Assembly: GCA_020891255.1 (NCBI GenBank)
Contig: BQFW01000007.1
Coordinates: 124,001-188,000 of the forward strand
Origin: Entomortierella parvispora E1425
Taxonomy: Eukaryota > Fungi > Mortierellomycota
Direction of reading: 5' to 3'
DNA: 64,000 bases
Shown here piece by piece: positions 1 through 12,707 of this stretch. Position numbers and translations under genes: made by a program. Numbering within the stretch: position 1 is the stretch's first letter; each line of letters begins with the position of its first letter. Below the pieces are notes generated by a model. That model was not told the DNA's origin, made no database searches, and saw only the letters and a program-made list of their open reading frames with translations.

Positions 1-2281
1 TAACTTTTGTGAACCCCTCGAGGGTGAAAAGTCCCAGGCAGAATCCCTGGGAAGCATCCTCTTTGGCGACAGAATCTGGACCTCGCCCTTCAAGGTAAGG
101 ATGTCTGCCCCTCTCCATCTTGTCGAGATGAAGTTTTCATTTCAAACTTGCTCGCTCAATCTTTTGGTTTCTCTGTCGCATGATCATTCCACCTGATTCA
201 CCAACTTTTCCCACCCCTTCCAATATGTTGTTATTGATAGCTCTCCATGCTCGAGCCAGTAAAGTGTAGGCGTCTTTGCAACAAGAGTATCGAGAAGAAC
301 CAAGCTAAATTTATCAATGCCAGGATCAAGGAGAACTACATGGTCAACTGGCTGGTGGACGGTTTGCCTGTTGGTAATGTGATCCCCAGAGAGAATGGCG
401 TCGATGAGTACACGATCGGCTTCCCGTTGGGCCGTGATGAGGTCAATGTCGGACAGGTCTTGAACAACCATTACAACATCAAGGTCGACTATCACTACAA
501 CGAAAACAAGCAGTCTTTCCGAGTCGTTGGAATCGAGGTCTCCGCTGAAAGGTATGTGCTTTTTCCTTTTCTCTGGGTGAAGAACGCCCATTTCTTGTTT
601 AGGTCGCACAAAAAAATACCAAAAAAAAAAAAAAAATCAGGGCTGGAAAACCGTTCTTCCTACCTCTAAAGAGCACAGCCGCGCCCGCATGTTCGACGAC
701 AGGACTAAATGTCAAGGGCGCGGACCCTGCGCTATTTATGGACAATCTACGACAGCAGAGATTCTGGCGACCAATTTTTGAGTGTATGCCAGAGGACCCT
801 TCACTCACGTTTTATTCTGGCCAATAGTATCTCGCGCCAAGTGTTTGACCAAGAGGAGTGTGGCACTTTGGAGCAGGATCAAACGACCGCCGTGGTCCTG
901 AATGAGAATGCTGCCACCCCAGTTGATTACTCGTACTCTGTCAGCTGGAGTGTAAGTAGTCCTTGCTCGTTTGAATGGTATTTTAGCGATGTTCAGGTTC
1001 TGATGCATAGTTTTTATACGATATTAGGAGGTTCCCACGGCCTGGGCTACCCGCTGGGATAAGTACTTGCTTGTGGGTGAACCCAGAATTCACTGGTTCT
1101 CTCTGGTGAACTCGATCATCATTGTTCTCTTCTTGACCGGCATGGTAGCTATGATCCTCCTCAGAGCTCTTCACAAGGACATTTCGCGCTACAACCAATT
1201 GGATGCTCAGGAAGACATTCAGGAGGATTTCGGCTGGAAGTTGGTTCACGGCGATGTTTTCAGAACTCCTGCCTACCCCATGTTGTTGTCCATCATTGTC
1301 GGAAATGGAGCCCAGATGTTCCTCATGGCTGCTGTCACCATTGTCTTTGCTGCTTTGGGATTCCTCTCTCCTTCCAACCGCGGTTCTTTGGCGACTGTGA
1401 TGATTGTCTTTTACATGTTCTTTGGCATCGTGGCAGGATTCATCTCGGCTCGTATGTACAAGATGTTTGGCGGAGAGGCCTGGAAGTTGAATGTTTTTGG
1501 AACTGCCTTCTTGTTCCCTTCGTAAGTTGTGGTAGAAAGGATAATGAGCTGGTTGACGATTTTGTTTTTAGATATGTTGAATCTAACCGCAGATTTTTTT
1601 CACTGGTAAAACTATAGGATTATCTTTGGCACATTCTTGGCGCTCAACTTTTTCTTGATCAGTGCCGAGTCTTCGGGTGCGGTTCCCTTTGGAACGATGC
1701 TCGGCGTTGTCGCTCTGTGGTTCTTGGTATCGACTCCTCTGTCCGTGATTGGATCCTACATGGGATTCCAGCGTCCCAAGATTGAGCACCCTGTTCGTGC
1801 CAACCAGATCCCTCGCCAGATCCCTGATCAGGTCTTTTACCTCCGTCCTTTCCCCTCCATGTTGATTGGAGGAATCTTGCCTTTTGGCGCGATTTTTATC
1901 GAGCTTTACTTTATCCTTAGCTCGATCTGGTTCCACAAGATTTACTATGTCTTTGGTTTCCTGTTCCTGGTCTTTGGCATCTTGATCATGACCTGCGCTG
2001 AGGTGACGATCCTGATGTGCTATTTCCACCTGTGCGCTGAAGACTATCACTGGTGGTGGAGAGCATTCTTCACCAGTGGTGCCTCGGCCCTGTACATTTT
2101 CTTGTACAGCATCCCCTACTACTTCTCGGCCTTCAAGCTGGGATCGTTCACGTCCATGGTGTTATACTTTGGATGGACTGCGATCATGAGCTTGATGTTC
2201 TTTGTGCTGTCGGGTGCCATTGGCTTCTTTTCCACGTTCTACTTTGTGCGCAAGATCTACGGCAGCATCAAGATTGATTAA
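1..2281 (+). CDS. Transmembrane 9 superfamily (nonaspanin, EMP70/TMN2-like) protein; multi-exon, 5' end outside window
   Basis: Exon ORFs 247-551, 1067-1525 and 1637-2281 carry TM9SF motifs (Y.VNWLVDGLP, EPRIHWFSLVNS, EDFGWKLVHGDVFR, NQIPRQIP, EDYHWWWRAF) and end in KIYGSIKID; GT-AG introns lie between them. Confidence 0.93.
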
Positions 2282-3691
2282 GTATCGATTTTTTTTTTCT
2301 TTGTTTTTCTTTGAGGTCACTCCAAGTCTTTTTCTTGGTGATAGTCCTTTCAACACTTTTCCTTTGTCTTTAGATTCTCTCATCTTTGTTACCATGCAGT
2401 AATAAAAAAAACCCCCAACACTGTTAGAACATGGGTAACGCCCTGAATGAGCTTTTAGTTAAGAAAGGAAATTCGATAGAGGCAAAGGGTACGGTAGGGT
2501 ATTCTAATGCGTTGATGGCTCTCAGCGCATTTAGTTCGTTTGTGCCACCAACATTAAGAGCAAAAGCAATCATGTCTATTATTTCTCTTTTGTTCTCTTC
2601 TGTGGATCTTTCGGCATGTGTTGAAGTAGAGCTACAACAAAGCAAGGGATATTTTTTTCCTGTTGTTCGAGTACATGTACGTGCCAAAGGGACTTTACAA
2701 TTTTACAGTTCTCATGTTGTGGATCGAACATAATTGAGGGGTGAAAATGAATGATTGTTTCCAGATTGGTACGAAACAGAAGTAAATAAAAAGAACAGAA
2801 CAGAACGGTAACAGAACAGAACGGTGGTTCTATTCAGGGTACGACCCATGCATGGGGAGGAGGCAAAGACAAGGACAGGGATGGGGACAAATGGGTGTGT
2901 TGGCAAAGAGGACAGCGGAACGACGAATGGTGAGCATTCGCAGCGTTCAAGAGAGAAAGTGGACCGAACAGCAGAGAAGAGCAGAGAAGAGCAGCGGAGA
3001 GAATGAGCCCGCAAAAGACAGAGACGAACGGGAACGACGGCGGCCTCATATGAGTATAGCCACCACGGTGTTAAGAGTGAGTAAAGTCAAGGATGGTGAG
3101 AACGGATTCTGGAATGGTGGAGACAGGCAACGGGGAGATCAAGAAGAGGGGAAGGATGAGAGTGGACAGGGCTTGGAGACAAGAAAGGCCGAGGATTGGA
3201 GGAAGTGCATTTTCATAAATTGGCCTTGCACACCTTAAATTTAGCGTGTGTCCCCTGCGTGTCGTGTCTCTTTTGTGTGTGCCTGAATTGACTCTCTGCA
3301 CACTTGCACACTGCACACACTGCACACATCACATCACACGCGGTCTGGAGTGTCTCCATCATCTCCCCTTCTTCCCCTTCCCTTCCCTTCCCTCCATCCC
3401 TCCATCCCTTAGCCCCTTCCTTCCTCTCCTCATCCTGTCTGCATGCACCGTGCAGACTGATTCTCTTTTCTTTCCCTTCCTCTTCCTCTTCCTCCTCTCC
3501 TCTCCTCTCCTCTCCTCTCCTCTTCTCTCTCATTTCTTTACTCTTCTCCTCCCATCTCGACATTCTCATCCGCAAAGGCCATTTGTGCCTGTCCTGTGAT
3601 TGATTCCCTTCTTCTTTTCGTCCAGCATTCCCTTTTGTTTCCCTCCACTTGACCAGACCTCCCTCTCTCTCTCCTCTCTACCCACTCTAAC

Positions 3692-6275
3692 ATGGCCGGT
3701 CTCTTTTCTTCCAAAAAGTCAAAGAAGGAAAAGGAGGAAAAGGCAAAGACTGCTGCTGTTGCCGCCGCTGCCGCCGCCAATGCAGCCGCGGGCGCCCCTG
3801 GAGGACCCCAAGGGTCCATTGCCTCCTCCACCTCGAATCTCCCTCCCGGCGCAACAAAGTCCACGTCTGCTGGAGCTCCTCCGGGCGCTCAGGGCCATGG
3901 TCACGGACAAAGTCCGACCATTCACATTCGCGAGATTCCTGGCAGCACCAACAACAGCATTACCAATACTGCCAGCTCGACCACGCTCGCTTCCGACAAT
4001 GGCGACAAGGCTGCTCGCATGTACCATCTTCAGCAGCAGCAATCGTTCAATCATCAGTACAATCAGCAGCAGCAACAGCAACAACAACAACAACAGCAGC
4101 AACAGCAACAGCAACAGCAACAGGGAAGCAACATTGTCTCGGCTTCGTCCATTTCGACACACAACTCACTCTTGACTTCAACTGGACCTTGGATCTCGGC
4201 CCAGGTCATGTCCGCGAGTCCCTTCCCGCGCTTTTCTCACACGGCATCCTATGTTCACACGGGTACCGACATTTACGTCTTTGGAGGCGTTGTCAAGGGA
4301 TCCGCCCAGCGCGACATGCATGTAATTGATTCGCGTAAGTCGAATGTTCTTTTACTCGTGCGCCTGTTTCTTCCTTCTTTCTTTGCACCCACTATCGTCA
4401 CCCCTTTATTCCTATTGTTACCACGGCTGTTCATCAACCACCGACCAACCCCCCGCTGTAGCTCTCCAACGGTCGATTCACTCGTGCCTCGGTGTTGGAT
4501 AGAGTCGGCAGCAAAGACAAAAAAAAAAAGAGGGGCTGCAGAAGGCGACAATCGCAATTAACCACACACCGACATCCACTCAGAGCCCAATCCGCTCCAC
4601 TCTTTTTTGTTCTCACCGAGGACACAAATTATGGTCGGTGCTACTTTTTGCTAACGCTACCCTTCCTGCCTCTGGTCATGAATAGAATCGCTGCATTGTC
4701 AAGTGTTGCCCCTTGGAGGTCCTGACTGTCCACCACCCACCTCGGGACATACTGCTGTGACCCTGGGCCAGTACATTATGTGTATGTGAACAACTGCCTT
4801 CCTCCCCCTTGCATGCATGCTCTCCCTTTGTCTGTTGCTGATGCAAGCCTTTTTTTCAACTCTGCTGACCAACGCCCGCTTTGCTACCCTCCCCACTCCC
4901 CCTTTTTTCCCATAGACTTTGGCGGCAAGGACGCCAAGAATAAGTGTAGCGACGCTCTGTATGTGCTGCACTCTGCTCGCAAGGAATGGAACAGACCTCC
5001 TATTCTCGGTCTTTTGCCTGCCCCACGCCATTCCCATGCTGCTTGTGTCATTGGCACGACCATGTTCATCTTTGGAGGCCAATTCAATGGCTACTACCTC
5101 AACGACATTGCTTGTTTCGATATGAAGTCTTGTAAGATCCCTTTTGCGCTTTGTATCTTTATCGTCTTGCTCTGCCAGAGAAAAGTACGAGGTTATTTAA
5201 CGACTTCTTTTTTACACCCAATCCAGTGAACACGTCGTCGCCAAAGTGGAATCGACTCGAGCCTGCATCAGAGTTGCCCCCTGCACGTGCTGGTCACTGC
5301 GCGGCTGCTCATGACGGCAAGGTCTACATGTAAGGATCCGCCTACGAAACGTGTTTTAGGGGGGGCAATTGAGTTTGAAAGGCTGCATGGAAAGGCATTC
5401 TTTTTTTCTTTTGAACCGGCAGGACTGGAGGGGTTACACACACATGACACGCGACCGATCCAAGGAGGTGGAACATGGCCCTGTTTTTTTAACCCGTCCA
5501 TTTTTGGTATTTCTTTTCCCTCTAGTTTTGGAGGTGCAGATGAACAGTTCTTCTACAATGACATTTGGTGTTACGACCCTCAGACAAACAAGTGGGAGGC
5601 TGTGCCTGCATTCGGAGTCTTGCCCACGAGTCGCCAGGGCCATGCTGCCAGTGTTGTTGATGACACCATGTACATCTATGGAGGCATGAACCATGAAGAC
5701 AACTTTTTGGGAGACCTTTCTGCCTTCAAGTTTTATGGTAAAAAAAAGCATCATTCGATCTAAAACCGCTATGCTTAACACTATTGCCTACTAAACAACA
5801 TGCCTGACTGCTCTTCCTGACAAAACTAGACCGTCGTTGGTTGACTTTCCCAGACACTCCCGATTCAGCCTCACCAAGATCGGAGCACGCCATGTGCAGC
5901 GTGGGCGATAAGATTTACATTTTGGGCGGTCAATTAGAGCCAAATACCGAAGACGATGCTGGAACGGTTTATATTCTTGATACCAGTAAGCAAGGATATC
6001 TCTTTTTTTTGCTCTTTTCGATGTGATCACGTAACTAACCCAAGGGTGGACACTCCTATAGCCAAAATTAGGTACAATGAACCCTCTGTGGTCGGATCGC
6101 AAAAGTCTGGCCATGATAATGACACGGCCTTGCGGTCCGAGGCCACACCTTCCCCCGATTCGAACCGACAAAATCTTAATGACACCCACCCACAAAAGCA
6201 GCAATACCCACAGCAGTCCTTCCCACCACTTAATGACAATGACCACCAACAACAACAACAACTTCAAGCACGGCA

Positions 6276-6308
<33 letters not shown>

Positions 6309-9300
6309 ACAACATTCTGGAAGATTTGTGGATGACTCTCAGATCGGAACACCGTCTCAAGGACGTTTGAGTCTAGATGGACCCGATACTCCTTCCGGTG
6401 TCTCTCGTCGCAGGACATTGGGAAAACCAGCAGGTTACTCCGCAAACGAGTCAGTGGAGCAACCTGTTCGTTCAACGCAGTCGATTGACGAAACCCGTCG
6501 ACCGACCTTGTCCGAGATGGCAGCTTCTCCTTTGCCCTCAGAATTTGACCAGCAACAGCAGCAAGCAGGCAATCGCCAACGCCACCCTTATAACAACAGT
6601 GCCTACCCAGGACTGGAAGAGCGCCCCTTGAACCGCTCCAGCAGCTCTAGCCAACAACAGCAACAGCAGCAGCAAGATGTGATTCGTCGTCGGTCGCTTT
6701 CTGAAAGCCGAAACCGGACCTCGTACAACGGTCCCGGCCGGGCGTCCATTGATCAACAACGACCCACCTCTCAGCAGTTCCAACAACAGAGCCAGGAGAC
6801 CTCAGCCGGATACGGTCAAGAAGGATCTCAGTACAGCTCCAAGGATGCCGAAATCAGGGATTTGCGTCAGCGTGAACAGTGGCTCCTGGCTGAAGTGGCC
6901 ATGTCTCGTAAGCGGAACGGTGAACGTCCCGTCTCAATGAGCAATTCTTCGACCAGTCAGATCCTCAGGGAGGAGATGCACGCGTTCGAGAACGATGCGG
7001 ACCCAAACTCTGAAAAGTATCGCATCATGCAAGTCTTGCTGGCCGTCAAGGCCGAGTTGGAAAAGTCAAAGACCTCGATCGTCACCCAGGCCCAGTTGGC
7101 GTCCAACAAACTCCGGGAGGCAGAGAGGGTCAGGACAGCGGCTCTTCAGGAGGCTGCCTACCTCAAGGCCAAGGTGTCAGCGCTGCAATCGGGCGAGACT
7201 CAACTCTTGAGCACCACAGAAACGGCAAGGGCAGTCGATCTCGAGAAGCGCTTGACGGTGGCTTTGAACCAGGTCGACAAGTTGCAATCTCAGCTGTCCC
7301 AGAACGAATCTATTCTGGAGCGTGAACGCAATGCGCGCGAGTCGGCTCAGAACCGGGAACAGCAGGCAGCGTCCCGCGCAGAGGAGGCTCAACTGTCTCA
7401 CTCGCGATCGCTGGCTGAGCTCACGGCTTTGCATGAGCGTGCTTCCCTGGCTGAAGCCAACTTGAGAGAATGTGAGGCCAAGAACGCGGCCTCGGAGGCC
7501 GGTTTGTCCAGTTATCAACAACAGTCCACGGCCTTGTTCTCTCAGATTTCGGCCCTCAAGACCACAGTCGATCATCAGAAGAAGTCACTGGAAAAGGCCA
7601 AGCTCGCCTACTCTGTGGCGAGCGAACGAGCCGAGCATGCTGACCGACTCTGGACGCAGACTCGACAGGAGATGGACACAACCCAACTCGAGATGGCGAC
7701 CGTGAAGGCTAACCTGGACCGGACGCAACGCGAGGCAGAGCACTGGAAGTCCAAGGCCCAGGAGACGGATCTGTTGTGGCAAAAGGCCAAGTCGGAGAAC
7801 GAGGCCATGCGCACGCTCTTGGAGGACGACATGAACGCCTCTTATTCACCTGGTACCAACAGTCGCAAGCACGACAGTATCATGGCCATCACTTCGGCTT
7901 CTCGCGTCGCAGAACTGGAGCATGAGCTTGGTACTTTGCGTCATTTGCTCCGCGAATCCCAGGCTGCGGCTGCACAGGCCAACAAGGATTTGGGCGAGAC
8001 GATGGTCCGGATCTCTCAATTGGAGCAGACCTCTATGGCCGCCCGCACCGAAGCTGCCACCGCTCAAAGACAGTGGACAGCTGCGGAGGACCGTGTTTCA
8101 TCCTTGGAGGCTCAGTTGAGCCGCAAGGACGAGGCCTTGGAGGATATGGCCAAGGAGCAAGAGAACAATGAGGTCCAGCTCGGTCTCTTGCGTGGCGTCA
8201 TGCGAGAAAATGGACTCTTGGCGGATGATTTGATCGTGGAGGCATTGACTCAAGGAGCAGATGGTACTGTTTCGGCAGCCAGCGCCAACTCTGGAGCCAC
8301 GACAATGACGAGTTTGAAGGCCAAGGTCCAAGAGGCCGAGAAACACGCACAAGAGGCTGAGGATCAATTGCAGGAATTGCAGGATTTGAAGCAGCACCAA
8401 GAGGACAGGATCCAACAATTGGAGGCTGACTACCAGACGGCTGTGCATTACGTCCAAGGGTCCGAGGGCATGCTTCAACGTTTGAGAGATGATGCCCAGG
8501 CGGCCATCCAGGAACGGGATACAGTCCAGGCTCGCTTTTTGGAGCTGGAATCTGCCCATGCGCTCTGCCAGGACCGCGAGCGATCGGCGGGCGAAACTGC
8601 GGCTGCCACAGCAACGGCGCAGTTGGAGGAAGAAGTGACGGATTTGCACCGTCAGTTGCACGATTCCATGGGACGGAGCATGGAATTGGAGCAGAAGCTG
8701 GAGGAGGTGAGCCGGGCCCTGGAGGAATCCGAGGCGTCTGCGGAATCGACCCTGGCCGAGTTCAAGACCTTGAAGGCCAAGCATCACGAGCACAAGAAGC
8801 AGGGTGTAGCCGCTCAGGAGAACTACCAGACGCAGTTGGAGCAGTTCGAGGCCGTGATGGGTGAAACTAAGGAGTCATTGGCAGAAAGCCGCAGGGCATT
8901 GGAGGCTAGCCAAGAGGAATTGGAAAAGTCTCGGGACTTGAACCAAAAGACGACACAGGAGCTGGAGAAGACTTTGGAGTTGGTCAAGGCGAAAGAGTTG
9001 GCCTTGGCCGAGGCGGCCGCTGCCGTGAAGGAGGCCGAGACCAGAGCTTTGAATGCAGAGGCTGCGGCGGCTGAGAGCCGCAAGGGCGATACAGCGCAGG
9101 AAGAGGAAGAGCAGGAACGTCGCCGTGCAGCCACCTTGGCAGCCCACCAGGAGGAATTGGAGCTCGTGATTGAGAATGCGCAAAAGACGATCAAATCCCT
9201 TCAAGCAGACAATGAGGATTTGAAGGAGCAACTGAACGCGTCCGAAAAGAAGATTTCAATCCTTTTGGATAACTTCCAGGGACCCGATTCGGTGCGGAAC

Positions 9301-9891
9301 AGCATGGCCAGTCTTCCTGATGATTTGATTGCACGCTTGATGGAGACCCAGCCTTCCTTGTCGGCTGGAGGAGCCCTTCCAAGAGGAGGATCCCATTTGG
9401 CACCTTATTCCAGAGGCTCCCATTTGACGGATCGATCCTCTGCGGATTCCTTGGCCAATGAGTTGGAGCTGCTGAGGGCTAACAACTGGGGACATGGACA
9501 GTTGAGTGGATCGACCGGATATGGTCCTCGTCATCATTTGGCGCAGTCGTCTTCTTCCTCGCCATCACCGGTGCCTTCAGGAAGCCCAAAGGTGTATGCA
9601 CTAGCGACTGATGCAGCTACTGCCCCTGTCAATGCTGGACCTGCGCCTGCCTCGTCTTCGGGAAGCATCAACGGCGCCGCTCCCGGCGTGATTGGATCTT
9701 CAGGAGCCAGTGTAGTGGATACCCAGGAGCCTCTGACGACATCGTCGTCGTCGTTGTTGCCCGGAGGAGAGTTGAACGTGTCTGGAGGAAGCAGTAGTAG
9801 CTCGTCCAACTTGACATCGGCCCAAAAGTTGGAGGAGTATGAACGGATGATTGAGAATATGGCCCATGTCCGTCGGCAATACGAGGAATAG
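3692..9891 (+). CDS. Kelch-repeat and long coiled-coil cell-polarity protein (Kel1/Tea1-like), about 7 exons
   Basis: Kelch motifs across small exons (PFPRFSHTA, PAPRHSHAA..IGTTMFIFGG, PPARAGHCA, PTSRQGHAAS, SPRSEHAM..VGDKIYILGG) precede a 6065-9891 exon encoding a very long heptad-rich coiled coil; polyQ tracts at the N-terminus. Confidence 0.88.
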
Positions 9892-9940
9892 AGGAATTTT
9901 TCAATTTTTATCTGTAGAGCAGGAAAAAAAGAATTGAATA

Positions 9941-9976
9941 CCATTACCATTACCATTACCATTACCATTACCATTA
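9941..9976. repeat. (CCATTA)6 microsatellite in the kelch gene 3' region
   Basis: Six consecutive ccatta units read directly from the sequence. Confidence 0.9.
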
Positions 9977-10279
9977 GAAAAAAAAAAGGAAAGACGTTTA
10001 AAGCAGATGAACGTCCTTGTTTTTTTTGAATTAAAAAAAGTACTAGTTTTAATACGAAGGAACATGAATCCTGGACACAGCCTAAACGTTTTGGTTGATT
10101 CTATCGCATCCAGGTATCCCTTGCCGTTGCTCATAAAGAAAGGCGATGCAACCCCGGTCGCCTTGACTTCATGGGGAAGCATCGAGTGCCAGTGACCAAT
10201 CGAGAACTGCTCAAACTGCATGCTCAACGCTCAGATATAAATTTCTAATTATTTTTTTTCTTTCTCTCTTTGTCGCTCT

Positions 10280-11538
10280 TTGCTTTTCTTCCCTCGACTC
10301 TTAGCCCTCCTTCTTCTCTTCGGGGTCCACCAATTCGACCCTGTCCCTGGAGGTGGTCTTACGTCCGTCCAAGGATCTGAGGCTTCCCCATCGTCAGGTG
10401 GTTCTTCAGGCGGCTCTTCAGGAACAGCTACCAATCATGCCGGAATCATTGGAGGCGCGGTAGCAGCTGTCGTTGCTGTGCTGGCTATGGTAGGGTTAGT
10501 CTTTCAGCGACGTCGCCGCCGTCCTGGCCCTCCATTATCACAAACGAGAACCAAGGATGATCAACAACTCGAGATAGACGTGGAGGTCTTTGATACGATG
10601 GAGCAGCACGAGGATGAAAAAACAGTCATCTGCACCATCATTTACCCTCAGGAGCCGCACCGTTAGCTCTGTCCTTGTCATTGCCAGTGCTATCAGAAAT
10701 GGAGACCGTTACAGCAGCCGATACAAAATATCCATCATTTTCACCAAAACAAGGAAATCACGGCCATCCTGAGGTGTTGCAACAAATAGACAACGAGATA
10801 GAGCGGCAGGATCCAGATCTAGGGAAGGAAGTAGATGAGGACGAGGACAATGATAAGAACGAGGAAGAGGAACAGGACATCTCTGACACGTCATGAGAAT
10901 CCACCTGGCGATTCACCGCAGCACATCAAGCCGACTATCACCGCCTCCATCGCATCCAGAACGGATGAAATTGAACCCCTAGGTCATAGCCTAGAAAGAG
11001 AGAGCCTGAGGGGATCCTTTCGGAGTCCTCGATGGCCTCGGACGGTAAACCGCCCTCCTCCATAACCTTTCCTGATCCTGACCCATCTATATTAGATCCG
11101 CATGCAATGATGGCCCCAAGTGGCACTGCAGATGAATACGAAGGGGACTCGGACGTGAGGAGGATTGCAGAGAACGGTGCTGGCACAGCTGCTGTTGTGA
11201 TGGATCGTTGAGACACACGGAGGAATTCACAGTGGCGAGCAGATGGTGACTATCCTATATCGGTCACATTTCGACCTCCAACTCCTTCCATACACAGCCC
11301 ACAAGTCCATTGAAGGGACCTCGGAATGGAACGGCAATCTGTGGAAGAGGAGGAAAGACAACCTGCACGGTCAGGCAGCGAAGGAGAAACGGATGAACAG
11401 GAGCCGTCGCTGCTGGCATCAAGACAGCAAGAGCTGTTGATGGAACAGTCGAGATTTGAGAGAGAGTTGCAGCAGGTCCAGGAGATGCTGTGGCGACACC
11501 ATCTACCCGCGTCGGCAGTAGACGAAGACGATGCCTAA
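10280..11538 (+). pseudogene. Fragment of a single-pass membrane protein (Ser/Gly stalk, TM helix, basic stop-transfer, disordered cytoplasmic tail); no ectodomain
   Basis: GIIGGAVAAVVAVLAMVGLVFQRRRRR follows a splice acceptor near 10305. The frame breaks at 10666 and acidic or coiled fragments continue to 11538. There is no room for an N-terminal domain after the gene ending at 9891. Confidence 0.4.
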
Positions 11539-12707
11539 ACAGTCGAACATGTGAATAACACGGTTCATGTAATCCGTGTGACTGCATGTTGGATCGCAGG
11601 AATGGTGGCAAAGTAAAGGCGGCGATCGATCTCCATGCGCCTGCTGCCTGCCGCCTTTTTCTGCGTGTGTTCGTGTGCCCCCCCTTCGGCATGCCTTCAC
11701 GACAAGCCATGGCCGTTCTATTCCTGTCGTCTACCCAACCACTCCAAGCAAAAAGACCAGACCGACCTCCTTGCTGGCCGCTGGGCATAGTCATCAGCCA
11801 ATCGTCCGCCTGTCTTTCGACTCCTTCTCTGCCCCCTTGCCACCTTTGCCTCCTGTTCTTTTCAACCAGACTAACCGCTCCTTGTCCATTTCATTTTGAA
11901 TCTCCACTCACTTGACACGCTTGGGATCACCCAGTTGTCTTCTTCTCCTCTCATCTTCTCTCCTCGAAAAGACTGTACATTTCATCCCTCGGTGTTCCAT
12001 GTGTGCATTGCATGAAATCGACCTGGCTGTACGTTGCTGCTGCTGTTTGCTTGTTGTTTTTTTGTTGTCGACCTGACCTGACTGCGGTGGTCGGTCGGTC
12101 GGTCGGTCGGTCGGTCATTCAAGGGAGCGCCGTCTGTTCCTGTTTCCTGTTTTCATGCGATTCCTGCAATTCTCTTTACTCCCTTTTGTTTTCCTTCTCT
12201 CCCCATTCTTGTATCCACCGCCCATATGTGTTGTTGTTGTTGTTGCTGTCAGTGAGTCGTAAATGGATACAGACTGGACTTACTGACCGACAAATGCAAG
12301 CAGAACCTGTGCTCCCTTCCCCTATCCCTTTTCCCTCCCTTTCCTGCACCCAGTCCCCTTCGCCTTTTTCGTCTCTCTTTTCTTAGTCGCGTTGTTCCAA
12401 ACTTGGCGATTTTTTGTTTCCCAAGACAAACCTCTTGACCCTTCCCTCTCACCCTCTCTGATCCCCCATCTGGAACCCCACCGCACGCCACGCCACCCCT
12501 TTTCCCAAGAACCGACGTTGACGGAAAAGGCTGTCACCTTCCCTGCCTCTCGTGCCGCCTTGTATTCTCATTCAGTCCAACCTTCCAGAGAAACCATTGC
12601 GCTGGGTCAACGGACGTGGCGTCGCCTTTGCTCCAACAAGCTCCCTCTCCTTCCGAAATACAACATACAACAAACAAAATAAAGAGACATAGAGGCACAA
12701 CGACACC

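Noticed and set aside
2712-3600. GA/CT-rich ORFs upstream of the kelch gene and at 11900-12700
   Set aside because: These are low-complexity promoter/5' UTR tracts typical of these genomes, not coding sequence.
7177-9537. Long antisense ORFs over the kelch, cyclase, Fanzor and hAT coding regions
   Set aside because: They are shadows of GC3-biased or low-complexity sense ORFs and carry no recognisable motifs.
9941-9976. (CCATTA)n as an interstitial telomere
   Set aside because: The unit (TAATGG) differs from TTAGGG, and it is a short tract in a 3' UTR; treated as a microsatellite.
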